This document shows positions 55,797 to 64,000 of a stretch of 64,000 bases of DNA, piece after piece. Under the pieces are notes generated by a model that saw only the letters and a list, made by a program, of their open reading frames with translations, did not search any database and was not told the origin of the DNA. Position 1 is the first letter of the stretch. Every line of letters starts with the position of its first letter. A program made the position numbers and the translations under genes. This DNA comes from a virus. The DNA lies in the IMG/VR virus record IMGVR_UViG_3300010389_000002; one strand, given 5' to 3'.

Positions 55797-58257
55797 TAGC
55801 GTCTAGAACTTTACGAAGTGGTTCAAGAAAAGACTTCTCGAACTGGGTCTTGTAGTCAACATACTTCTCAAGATTTAATTCTTTTGGAATCTCTTGGAAG
55901 AAAGCAATGACATTCTCCTTGATTGGGTTAGGAGTTTTAAGATAGATAAACTTGATCTTCTCGCCCTCTTGGATGAGCTGATACTTATTATCTAATTTGT
56001 TTTTCTTAATGTAGTGATTGTAAAGCAGGGCTCCTCTCACTTGGATAGGAACAGAAGCTTCTTTAGTGTATATTGTATGATGGTTTCCGTACTTTGTCAA
56101 TCCGTTACACCCACGAGGGAAAGCAACGTTAGTATATTCTTGCTCTGTGGTTTCTTTCTTCACCTTCTTAATAAACGAGAAGATAGCATCGTTATCTTGA
56201 GTCAAGATAATGTCAAAGGCATCCTTGAGTTTATTACGGAAGAACTGAGGAGTGGATGAACGTTGGGTGTCCATACCACAGATCTTCATCTTTGGTTTAT
56301 TGTAACGGACGCCTTCACTATCCCATACGTTGAGAACATAACGCTTCTTCGCTTTCCAGAATCCACGTTCAGCAATGTTCTCTCGCTTCATCTTCATCTT
56401 CTGGTCATACGCCGATACATAATCAGCAAGCTTCTGGTAACTGTTCTCGATAAACGGTTCCAACTTCTCCTGAGAGATCGTATCCAGAATGTTAACAATC
56501 TTGATCTTATCACCAGCAAGATGACTATAAAATTTATCAACAAGAGGTCCCAAATTAAGATAGATTGAATCGGTGTCAGCGGCGATAACATAATCGACTT
56601 CCTCCGTTTGCAATATCTTATTTAGATATTGGTTAATATCATTTGCCACCCACTGGATAGAGAGTTGACCGCCCAAGGTAATTGCCTCAGCAATGTCCAG
56701 GCGATAGTAACGGAAGTGTTCGTTACCGATAGCACCATAAGCAGAGTTTAGCTGAATCTTACGTGCCATCTGAATGTTATTACATCGAGCAATCTCTTTC
56801 TTCAAAGCAGGGGTAGGAGTCTTCTCATACTGCTGCTTCGCTTCCAGCATCTTCTTTTTATAGATGGTCCGTTCGTTGTAGATCTTCTCCATCAGTTCGG
56901 GCAGGAACCCCCTGAAGGTAGTGTCATAGAACGTGCCGTTAGCACACACTGTCTGCCCCTGTAGGTCGCTCAGATCCAGTTCCTTGGACAGAAGACGGTC
57001 TACGTTAGCGGACGGGTGCTTGTGGGGCATAAGAGTCTCTGGCGAGATGTTGTACTGCATGATCAGGTGAGGGTACAGACTATTCAAGTCAAAATTCACC
57101 ACCCAGTCATATAGACCAGGAACCGGTTCCTTCACATAGGCACCAGCATACTTCTCACTCTTAACAGCACTTTCTTTCTTAGGAGGAATGACAATGTTCT
57201 GCTTAGAGAGGTAAACATAGATGATGTTATCCCACATACGAACCTGAGAATACACATCCTCAAAGTTGACCTTGGCATCGTATGCCATGCTGACAGCAAG
57301 CTCTAGCAACTTCATCTTGTCATCCAACTGATCAACCAGTCGAACGTCATGGATGTTGTACTCGATAAACTTCTGCCAGTTGTTGGTATAGAACTCCTTA
57401 AAAGTGTCATACTCACTGTGATCTAGTTTGTTGGCACCCAGTTCTACCTCACAGATATAGTCCAGACGATAAGATGCCTGGTTGGTGTAGGTAAACTTCT
57501 TGTACAGTTCTAGGTAATCAAGCGTGGCAATACCAGAAATATCATAAGCAATCTCTTTCTTACCTTTAATATAGATTTCACGACGGAGCACAGCTTTCCA
57601 GGGAGACAACATCCGTGCTTCTTTCTCCCCAAGGATACGTTCGATCCGATGAAGAATGTATGGCATATCAAACAACTGGACGTTCCACCCAGTGATGATG
57701 TCAGGATAATCAGATGCCCACCAGTTAATGAAAGCTTTCAGCAATCCAACCTCGGTGTCAAAGTGCATGTAAGTAACCCTAGGATCATCATTGTCAAATG
57801 GTTTGGCACCAAAAACAATGATGTTCCCAGAGGAACTATCTTTAATACTGATAGCAAGTATTTCCTGATCAGCAGACTGAATATCAGGAAACCCATTCTC
57901 AGCAGCAGTCTCGATATCAATGTTGAACACACGGATATCTTTCATGTCATAGTCAATATAATCTTCAGAATACTCTCGGAGAATATATTGATTGATGAAC
58001 CTAGTCTGTCCATATACAGGGAAGTCTTCTAGTTCCTTGTACTTGTCAATAAAATCCTTGGCATCACGAATACTTCCCATGGGGACAGAGCGTACAGGTT
58101 TACCATCCAGAGTCTTAGCTTCTACAGAAGCATTACCCGTGTCACCAACATACAAAACAGGGTTGAACTTCACCTTGTCCGTAAACCTTTTACCGTGCTC
58201 TACACCCCGGACGAGGATGCTGTTGCCGGACTGTTGGACACTGGTGTAGAACTTCAT
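55750..58257 (-). CDS. gp43: Family B DNA polymerase gp43
   Basis: DIET exonuclease, FDLNSLYPH, KIQLNSAYG, ADTDS, KKRY; no intein or split. Confidence 0.98.
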   Translation of the reverse strand: MKFYTSVQQSGNSILVRGVEHGKRFTDKVKFNPVLYVGDTGNASVEAKTLDGKPVRSVPMGSIRDAKDFIDKYKELEDFPVYGQTRFINQYILREYSEDYIDYDMKDIRVFNIDIETAAENGFPDIQSADQEILAISIKDSSSGNIIVFGAKPFDNDDPRVTYMHFDTEVGLLKAFINWWASDYPDIITGWNVQLFDMPYILHRIERILGEKEARMLSPWKAVLRREIYIKGKKEIAYDISGIATLDYLELYKKFTYTNQASYRLDYICEVELGANKLDHSEYDTFKEFYTNNWQKFIEYNIHDVRLVDQLDDKMKLLELAVSMAYDAKVNFEDVYSQVRMWDNIIYVYLSKQNIVIPPKKESAVKSEKYAGAYVKEPVPGLYDWVVNFDLNSLYPHLIMQYNISPETLMPHKHPSANVDRLLSKELDLSDLQGQTVCANGTFYDTTFRGFLPELMEKIYNERTIYKKKMLEAKQQYEKTPTPALKKEIARCNNIQMARKIQLNSAYGAIGNEHFRYYRLDIAEAITLGGQLSIQWVANDINQYLNKILQTEEVDYVIAADTDSIYLNLGPLVDKFYSHLAGDKIKIVNILDTISQEKLEPFIENSYQKLADYVSAYDQKMKMKRENIAERGFWKAKKRYVLNVWDSEGVRYNKPKMKICGMDTQRSSTPQFFRNKLKDAFDIILTQDNDAIFSFIKKVKKETTEQEYTNVAFPRGCNGLTKYGNHHTIYTKEASVPIQVRGALLYNHYIKKNKLDNKYQLIQEGEKIKFIYLKTPNPIKENVIAFFQEIPKELNLEKYVDYKTQFEKSFLEPLRKVLDAIGWQTERKVSLNSFF

Positions 58258-58526
58258 TCTGTTTCTTTCTTTCTGTTGGAGTGGTAAAGGGAAGCTAGAG
58301 CATCATCAACATCAGAAGTGATACTAACATCCGAAGAACGAATGTAGATCTCTCTGTTCCCAGAGAAGGGAGGGAATACGGAAAGAACTGTACCTTTTCC
58401 GTCGCCCATCTGCTCAAGCGAGTACGGATATTTTAGCACACAATCGGGGTCACCCCACTCGGATTCTGGAATTGTTTCAATTTCAGAAACAACCCAGAAC
58501 CCATCAAGTCTAAAGATTTGAATCAT
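58254..58526 (-). CDS. Small beta-rich hypothetical protein
   Basis: WVVSEIE..GDPDCVLKYPY. Confidence 0.6.
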   Translation of the reverse strand: MIQIFRLDGFWVVSEIETIPESEWGDPDCVLKYPYSLEQMGDGKGTVLSVFPPFSGNREIYIRSSDVSITSDVDDALASLYHSNRKKETE

Positions 58527-58915
58527 CCCATTGTTACTCCAGCTACAGAAACATCCGAAGCCCAGATACTCTTAGTCTCTGGTTTTGGATTCTTAGCTTC
58601 TTCGATTCTCTTTTCCGCTGCCTCTACCTTAGCTTCATACGCTTTCCTAAGACTCTCTTCTGGTTCACCAATGGTTAGAACAGAATCATACGGAATCTTA
58701 TACTGATACTCAGAAGAGAAAGGCATCCACCTAGTAAACTGGACCTGTACTTCTTTAGATGGTTCATCAGTTGGTTTTGAAACTAGATCAAGTTTAAAAG
58801 GATGTGCCATCATTAGACAAACACCACGCTTGTCTTCGCCCTCTCCTTTAAAAACCTCTTGGAGATTAGTAACTACTGTTTCTCCAGTCATCAACATAAC
58901 TACACTTGGTTTCAT
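58523..58915 (-). CDS. Small beta-rich hypothetical protein
   Basis: VVMLMTGETVV..PF..FTRWMPFS. Confidence 0.6.
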   Translation of the reverse strand: MKPSVVMLMTGETVVTNLQEVFKGEGEDKRGVCLMMAHPFKLDLVSKPTDEPSKEVQVQFTRWMPFSSEYQYKIPYDSVLTIGEPEESLRKAYEAKVEAAEKRIEEAKNPKPETKSIWASDVSVAGVTMG

Positions 58916-59265
58916 TCTTCAATCTCCTGTTGTTCTTGATTCATAGAAGCTGTTGCTCTCTCTGCCCACACGGGATCAAAGGGGCTAACTACTTCAATAT
59001 ATTTTTCTTTGATGAAGTTCTTTGGTTCGGCAATATGCCTACATCCCCCAAATCCCAGACGGATTTCATTATCCTGAATATAAGGATTGTACGCAGAGAA
59101 TCTAATATTTGTCTTACCCTCTTCGTCAACTTGATTTTCCAGGAGGAAAGGATAAGACATCAGGAAACAAAGAGACTCTCCATCAGGTGACTTTAGTTCG
59201 CTTAGTCTAGTAATGATACTAGTATTGTCAGTCAAAACAACAACTTTAATGTCCATAGTTATCAC
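58912..59265 (-). CDS. Small beta-rich hypothetical protein
   Basis: IKVVVLTDNTSII..YPF..FSAYNPY. Confidence 0.6.
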   Translation of the reverse strand: MITMDIKVVVLTDNTSIITRLSELKSPDGESLCFLMSYPFLLENQVDEEGKTNIRFSAYNPYIQDNEIRLGFGGCRHIAEPKNFIKEKYIEVVSPFDPVWAERATASMNQEQQEIEE

Positions 59266-59278
59266 AAAGAATAATTAG

Positions 59279-59317
59279 AGTATACCATAAAAATACGAAG
59301 GGGGCAAGTGCCCCCTG
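59279..59317 (-). promoter_or_regulatory. hsp20 terminator carrying a sigma70-like promoter
   Basis: AGGGGGCA-CT-TGCCCCCT hairpin; TTGCCC-N17-TATACT. Confidence 0.55.
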
Positions 59318-59323
59318 TATAAT

Positions 59324-59761
59324 TTATTCTGTTAAGAGTTGGGGTGACGAACCACCAATTTCGTAAACGGTTTTCTTTTGGTGTTCCGGAATAATTTTTT
59401 CCAGAGAAATTAGAAGTAGACCGTCCTCAAAACTTACGTCTTGGATTCTTACGTCATCTGCTAACTGCCACGAATGATTAAAGGATCGTTTAGATAATCC
59501 TTTGTGGAGATACTGGACTTCAGAATCTCGGTCTTGAACTTTGGAGGTAACTTTGAGAATGTTTGATTCAGAAGAAACTTCAATCTCCTCTGCTCTAAAG
59601 CCCGCCAAAGCGATTTCAATTTCATAATTGGAACTGTCTCTCTTTAGAATATTATACGGAGGATAATTGGTAGTTTTTGTGCTCAATGTATCTAAAGCAG
59701 AAAGCATCGAGTCGATACCAATTCCGTAAGGATACAATGTATCCCAGCTGTATTTATTCAT
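59324..59761 (-). CDS. hsp20: Small heat shock protein (Hsp20/IbpA family), 145 aa
   Basis: NYPPYNI..EIALAGF..YLHKGLSKRSF..DGLL.I.L..IIPE; SD AAGGAG before Met at 59761. Confidence 0.95.
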   Translation of the reverse strand: MNKYSWDTLYPYGIGIDSMLSALDTLSTKTTNYPPYNILKRDSSNYEIEIALAGFRAEEIEVSSESNILKVTSKVQDRDSEVQYLHKGLSKRSFNHSWQLADDVRIQDVSFEDGLLLISLEKIIPEHQKKTVYEIGGSSPQLLTE

Positions 59762-59816
59762 GGTTGTCTCCTTGTATAAGCGAGTAACTTTGTATGGACC
59801 CCGAAGGCATCCAATA
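59759..59816 (-). promoter_or_regulatory. ROSE-like RNA thermometer candidate
   Basis: CTC-G-CTT/AAGGAG hairpin with bulged G over the SD, preceded by a UUCG-loop hairpin. Confidence 0.6.
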
Positions 59817-59997
59817 CTATTTAAACGCAATTACAAAATAGAGACTAGTGAGAAGACCGAACTTTTTTATACGGACATCAGTATAGTATAACCCATTCTC
59901 CTCACCCAATCTAAGTGTGCCTTTCCCCAAGGTACGGTCATCCACTTAGTCTTGTTATCTTTAAGGAGCATGAGTTTTACTGTTCGATTCATAACGT

Positions 59998-60411
59998 CTA
60001 TTTTTTTCTACCGATATTGTACTTACTTTCTAACGTCCACTTATCTTTATCTTTAAAAGATAACACTTTGATCTGCGTTAGAGGAGCAATGTCTACAATT
60101 TTTTCAGGATAGATAACTGAAATGAGTCCCCAGTCAGACAACAGCTGAATGATCCTATTTCTACGTTGAATGTCATTCAAAGAAAAATTTGTTGCCTTAC
60201 CATCAAGAGCAAACAGTTCTTTAAAATGTACAATATAATAACGTCCTTGCTTGTGGAGAATGTGACAAGACTGATAGATTTTTTTCTCTCTACGTGATGC
60301 CACCCCAATACGGGTTAGTGTTTCTCTTACTTTAAGGAAATCATCTGGTTGATTCAAAGAGATCTCAACCATATCTGATTGCTGCCACTGGATATCAATG
60401 TCAGTTGTCAT
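59998..60411 (-). CDS. regA: Translational repressor RegA
   Basis: DDFLKVRETLTRIGVAS..QSCHILHKQGRYYIVHFKELFALDG. Confidence 0.97.
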   Translation of the reverse strand: MTTDIDIQWQQSDMVEISLNQPDDFLKVRETLTRIGVASRREKKIYQSCHILHKQGRYYIVHFKELFALDGKATNFSLNDIQRRNRIIQLLSDWGLISVIYPEKIVDIAPLTQIKVLSFKDKDKWTLESKYNIGRKK

Positions 60412-60803
60412 AACATTCCGCCTTTATTCAATGCTTTTCTTATACTTTCTAGTTGCTCGTTAGTTAAAATATCTAGAGCTTTCAAAGCTTTATCATGGTT
60501 ATAACCATAATATTCTTTAACTAGATCAAGATGATCCAGTGTTTGCTTTTTAACCCACGGAGTAAATCTTTTCCGTGGCTTCAAAGTATTTATAAGAAAA
60601 TCATATTGAAGACGTTTATCTAAATGAGAGTTCTTATTCATCTCGTTGGCAAATAGGATAGCGTCCTTGTGCCCAGACAAACATTTATTTACAATGAAAG
60701 GAGGATAACTCTTCTCTGTAGAAGGGTCATCCTCAATAATATTCTCTTTAGACTGGTTGATAGATTTCATCCAGTCATTAAGTTCTACTCGTTTTTTCTC
60801 CAT
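60408..60803 (-). CDS. gp62: Clamp loader small subunit gp62
   Basis: YPPFIVNKCLS..ANEMN..QYDFLIN..KEYYGY. Confidence 0.93.
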   Translation of the reverse strand: MEKKRVELNDWMKSINQSKENIIEDDPSTEKSYPPFIVNKCLSGHKDAILFANEMNKNSHLDKRLQYDFLINTLKPRKRFTPWVKKQTLDHLDLVKEYYGYNHDKALKALDILTNEQLESIRKALNKGGML

Positions 60804-60813
60804 TCTTTTCCCA

Positions 60814-60954
60814 TTAGAAGACGGCAGTCACAGAAACAACTTTAGCGTGAGGGTTACGAGCAAGGGCAGTCTCCCTTGCCTCTTCGTAGTTACGAGCGTG
60901 GACAATCTCTTCAAAGATTTTGCCAGCAACGTAGAGTTTAACTTGAACTTTCAT
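60814..60954 (-). CDS. Small conserved protein (46 aa)
   Basis: MKVQVKLYVAGKIFEEIVHARNYEEARETALARNP; not in ORF track. Confidence 0.65.
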   Translation of the reverse strand: MKVQVKLYVAGKIFEEIVHARNYEEARETALARNPHAKVVSVTAVF

Positions 60955-61798
60955 TTGTCTGATAGTTGGTTAGGACGAGTTCTGTTCGACTCGCTTGATC
61001 TATATTATAAGTCCCCACGGACCTCATGGTGTAAGTATGTGCAAATTCTCCAACCGTCCACCCCTCGAACCGATCTAGAATCATTTGCGACGAGTTGTAA
61101 GATATAAGTTGAGGACCGACAAAACGATCACAGTCGCCAGCAAAGGAGTCGTGATCAAATCCTTTGTGCATACTTCCCCTTCTACCATAAAGATTAGATC
61201 CGATGTCGTAGGGGGGATCGAGATAAGTGAAGACGGATCTATCGTCGGTGAGGAGCTCTTCATAAGATAAATTAGTAATTTTCCAATTAACAATTAGTTT
61301 TTGGTACTCGGGCAGTCGGTCGATTCCTGCCATTGAGAAGTTGCTGTCGCTTGCTTGCTTGGAGAAAGAACTGGATTCTGTAAGCCCAGAGAAAGAACAC
61401 TTATTAACCACATAGAAGGAAACAGCACGGTGGAAATCTTTAGTGTCTTCCAAAGGTCGCTCCAGATATTCTTTTGCACTATCAAACAAAGTTCGCGCAG
61501 ATCCAGGATCGATATGTCTTTGTTTAAGTTGGACGAGTTCATCTCTAAGTGCTTGTCCATGGTCCTGAAGTTCTCGCCAGAAGTTATAAAGAGGTTCGTA
61601 AAGATCGTTGACCCAGATATTCAAATGAGGATACCGCTTGGAGATCTCCAAGGCGACGCTACCGCCCCCTAGGAAGGGTTCCCGGTACTCCTTATACCCC
61701 TTCAAGTCCGGGACGTACTGGAGGAGTTTTGAGAGTGCTCTGGACTTGCCGCCTGGGTAGCGAAGCGGGGTCTTCAGGGATTTGATAGTCTGGGGCAT
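60938..61798 (-). CDS. dam: DNA adenine methyltransferase (Dam/D12 class)
   Basis: LRYPGGKS, EPFLGGG, YLDPPY. Confidence 0.92.
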   Translation of the reverse strand: MPQTIKSLKTPLRYPGGKSRALSKLLQYVPDLKGYKEYREPFLGGGSVALEISKRYPHLNIWVNDLYEPLYNFWRELQDHGQALRDELVQLKQRHIDPGSARTLFDSAKEYLERPLEDTKDFHRAVSFYVVNKCSFSGLTESSSFSKQASDSNFSMAGIDRLPEYQKLIVNWKITNLSYEELLTDDRSVFTYLDPPYDIGSNLYGRRGSMHKGFDHDSFAGDCDRFVGPQLISYNSSQMILDRFEGWTVGEFAHTYTMRSVGTYNIDQASRTELVLTNYQTNESSS

Positions 61799-61946
61799 GA
61801 TATTTAAGATATTCACGAAAGGTCAGTTTCATTTCTTTGTTTGTCATACCGCAATGAGCGGCGGCAGCAGGTAGATTCATTGTAGCATGAAACAAACTTT
61901 CATTTGCTTCTGCTACATTCTCTGGCGTAGTTTTAACTTTACTCAT
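61692..61946 (-). CDS. Small hypothetical protein
   Basis: LFHATMNLPAAAAHCGMT..MKLTF. Confidence 0.55.
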   Translation of the reverse strand: MSKVKTTPENVAEANESLFHATMNLPAAAAHCGMTNKEMKLTFREYLKYHAPDYQIPEDPASLPRRQVQSTLKTPPVRPGLEGV

Positions 61947-62833
61947 ACAGCACACCTAAGTTTAGCATAATCAAATATTTTTTGGGGAATATTAATTCCT
62001 AACGCCTGCTCAAACCCCTTGAACCCAGGGCTGGAGTTGGCTTCACAGATCCTGTATCCGTCATTATGAAATAGTAAATCGACACCAGCAACATCAAGGT
62101 CAAGAACTTTTGCAACTTGAATGGCAAGCATTTCCATTTCGTCGTCAACATCGTAGGGTTCCCCTTTACCTCCTCGGGAAATATTGGCTTTAAAAGATCC
62201 ATCCGTAGAGGTACGTTGCATGGCACCGATTACTCGACCACCAACCACGATGACACGTAGATCACGCCCTTCGGAGAACTTAATGTACTCCTGGATGATC
62301 ATGCTTGTCTTACCGTCTAGCGACGAAATGAGTTCTGAGAGATCTTCAAACTGTTTGGCGTTCTCACAAAGATAAACACCAGCGCCATGTGATCCTGTGA
62401 CAACTTTCAAGACACAAGGAAAACCCGTTACTTTCTCAACTAACTCTGCTTTACACGGGAAACGAGTGAGCATTGTCTTTGGGATAGGAAGTCCTGCTTG
62501 TGCCAGAATCTGGTTAGCATACATCTTATCCTTTGATGCTTCAATCGAAGCAGAGTTGGGAAGAGTTGGTACGTTTAGTCTTTCAAACTGTCTGAGAACA
62601 GATAGGTTAAAGTAACCAGTACCGCTCCCAGTCCTAGCAAGTAAACTGTCTGGGAGAGAAACAATATCATTGCGAAATCGAATGGACTTACGATCATCTC
62701 TAGAAACAATCAAGTCGATTTCATCAGCAAATACTACTGTGAAATCTATACCATATTTATCAGCTTCTTCGATAAATCTTTGTCGTTCGTAAGTCTCTGT
62801 AGTAATACGATTACCCAACATCCAGAGTTTCAT
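61943..62833 (-). CDS. rimK: RimK-family ATP-grasp ligase
   Basis: DKM..Q.L...GLPIPKT, GSHGAGV, IQEYI, DLRVIVVG, FKANISRGG, AGVDL, EANSSPG. Confidence 0.92.
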   Translation of the reverse strand: MKLWMLGNRITTETYERQRFIEEADKYGIDFTVVFADEIDLIVSRDDRKSIRFRNDIVSLPDSLLARTGSGTGYFNLSVLRQFERLNVPTLPNSASIEASKDKMYANQILAQAGLPIPKTMLTRFPCKAELVEKVTGFPCVLKVVTGSHGAGVYLCENAKQFEDLSELISSLDGKTSMIIQEYIKFSEGRDLRVIVVGGRVIGAMQRTSTDGSFKANISRGGKGEPYDVDDEMEMLAIQVAKVLDLDVAGVDLLFHNDGYRICEANSSPGFKGFEQALGINIPQKIFDYAKLRCAV

Positions 62834-63027
62834 TATACTTCACCAGCATATTCAAAATCTTCAATAGAAGATACAGGAACCTCATGTTCATTTGCAATAA
62901 GATACCAATGCTCACCATCTCGTTCTCCGAGATACTTCATTTGGTCTTCATCAAAAACATGCTCACGCATTGCTGCTTGGATCTTAAGGTGGATAAGATC
63001 TGATTTAGAGGGAACAGATAAGGTCAT
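62833..63027 (-). CDS. Small hypothetical protein
   Basis: HLKIQAAMRE..MKYLG..HWY. Confidence 0.55.
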   Translation of the reverse strand: MTLSVPSKSDLIHLKIQAAMREHVFDEDQMKYLGERDGEHWYLIANEHEVPVSSIEDFEYAGEV

Positions 63028-63311
63028 ACGATTAACTTCTTAGAGGGGGATTTAATAATAGAAAACATTTCAGTATATTGTTCTTCAATTTCTGGTTGAG
63101 TCTCGGCAATATAAACTACATATCCTTTAGCTACATTAATGTCTTCGTTCTTTCCTTTGAACAAAGGAGACCAAGGAGCAAACCCAATGTTACCTTGTCC
63201 TGTAGGAACACCAACAATAGGATTTTGAATGGTTATCACATCAGTACCATCCTCAATAAGGTCGGCAATAACATCTTCACCAGACCACATACGAATTAGT
63301 TTAACGTTCAT
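63024..63311 (-). CDS. Small beta-rich conserved protein
   Basis: MNVKLIRMWSGEDVIADL..NP..FAPWSP. Confidence 0.7.
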   Translation of the reverse strand: MNVKLIRMWSGEDVIADLIEDGTDVITIQNPIVGVPTGQGNIGFAPWSPLFKGKNEDINVAKGYVVYIAETQPEIEEQYTEMFSIIKSPSKKLIV

Positions 63312-64000
63312 TTGAATTCACAACTCATCATAATTTCAATAAGACATGCCAAAAGATTGATCTCCTGGTCAGGAACAACCTCAATGTCCCTACTATATTT
63401 GGCAATACAAAGAACAAGCTCAGGAATAGAGCTCTTCTTCATGACAGACTCCTGTGCCAGAGAATCATAGATCCTACGGAAGACAAGAGAAATATCATTG
63501 TTCACGTTTTCCACAACCCAGCGGCGAACAGTGGTAAACTCTCGGTTCTTCAAAGCTGTAGAAAGAGAACCAATATTAAGGTCACCTACCTCAGCAAGAA
63601 CAGAAGTGTCCAACGTACCAGAGGAACTGTAACGCTGCACTTCATTGATCAAACGACGCCAGTCTGGATAATATCTCTGTACCACCTTAACCAGAACCTT
63701 CTGATCAAACTCCACTCCCTTCTCTTTCAGGATATCCTGAAGGCGATTAAAGAACTGAAACTGTAGCTGTTGGACTTCTTCTTTCCTAATGCTGAAGTCA
63801 ACTACGGTACAACGGGAATGGATAGGTTCCATAATCCTGTTAGGGAAGTTACATGTAAGAATGAACCTACAGTTACCACTAAACTTCTCCATGGCATGAC
63901 GAAGAGACATCTGTACAGTCTCAGATGTATTGTCTGCCTCATCAATGATGACGACCTTATGCTTAGCAGTATCAGATAGTCCGACAGTTGTAGCAAACTG
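63308..64000 (-). CDS. gp44: Clamp loader large subunit gp44 (5' end outside window)
   Basis: Frame open to window end: KVVIIDEADN (Walker B), NCRFILTCN, SRC sensor, YPDWRR. Confidence 0.95.
   Translation of the reverse strand, partial: QFATTVGLSDTAKHKVVIIDEADNTSETVQMSLRHAMEKFSGNCRFILTCNFPNRIMEPIHSRCTVVDFSIRKEEVQQLQFQFFNRLQDILKEKGVEFDQKVLVKVVQRYYPDWRRLINEVQRYSSSGTLDTSVLAEVGDLNIGSLSTALKNREFTTVRRWVVENVNNDISLVFRRIYDSLAQESVMKKSSIPELVLCIAKYSRDIEVVPDQEINLLACLIEIMMSCEFK

Noticed and set aside
59762-59830. Longer Hsp20 N-terminus given by the ORF track
   Set aside because: SD and ROSE-like hairpin support the internal Met at 59761; the extension is the 5' UTR
60938-61798. Restriction-modification pair or GATC avoidance
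   Set aside because: No adjacent endonuclease and GATC is frequent, consistent with an orphan protective methylase
63308-63910. Apparently truncated gp44 (pseudogene)
   Set aside because: Frame stays open to the window edge and includes Walker B; truncation is a window artefact

Overview
64 kb segment of a T4-like cyanomyovirus genome, most likely infecting marine Synechococcus; almost all genes are on the minus strand. Left to right: baseplate/tail module (5' part of gp5, gp27-like hub, two paralogous tape-measure-like proteins ending in M23 and lysozyme domains, gp51/gp26, gp54, gp4, gp2, gp48, gp53); GT25 and dioxygenase insertion; gp32, gp33, exonuclease, phoH, thyX; glutamine-II riboswitch/DUF4278 locus; speD; RNase H; methyltransferase/dioxygenase fusion; host-derived metabolic cluster (talC, petE, psbD, psbA, 2 hli, peroxiredoxin, petF); 8 tRNAs in all; cis-regulatory RNA candidates; nrdAB; primase; mazG; helicase; uvsX; DNA polymerase; hsp20; regA; clamp loader; dam; RimK-like ligase. 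The best signals are non-coding: (1) a slippery heptamer plus 15-bp stem that would fuse gp26 to gp51 by -1 frameshift just upstream of the tape-measure-like gene, (2) a tandem glutamine-II riboswitch whose second aptamer encloses a whole 61-aa ORF with start and stop codons base-paired, (3) a ROSE-type thermometer hairpin on phage hsp20. All family assignments are from motif recognition by eye; no database search was run.
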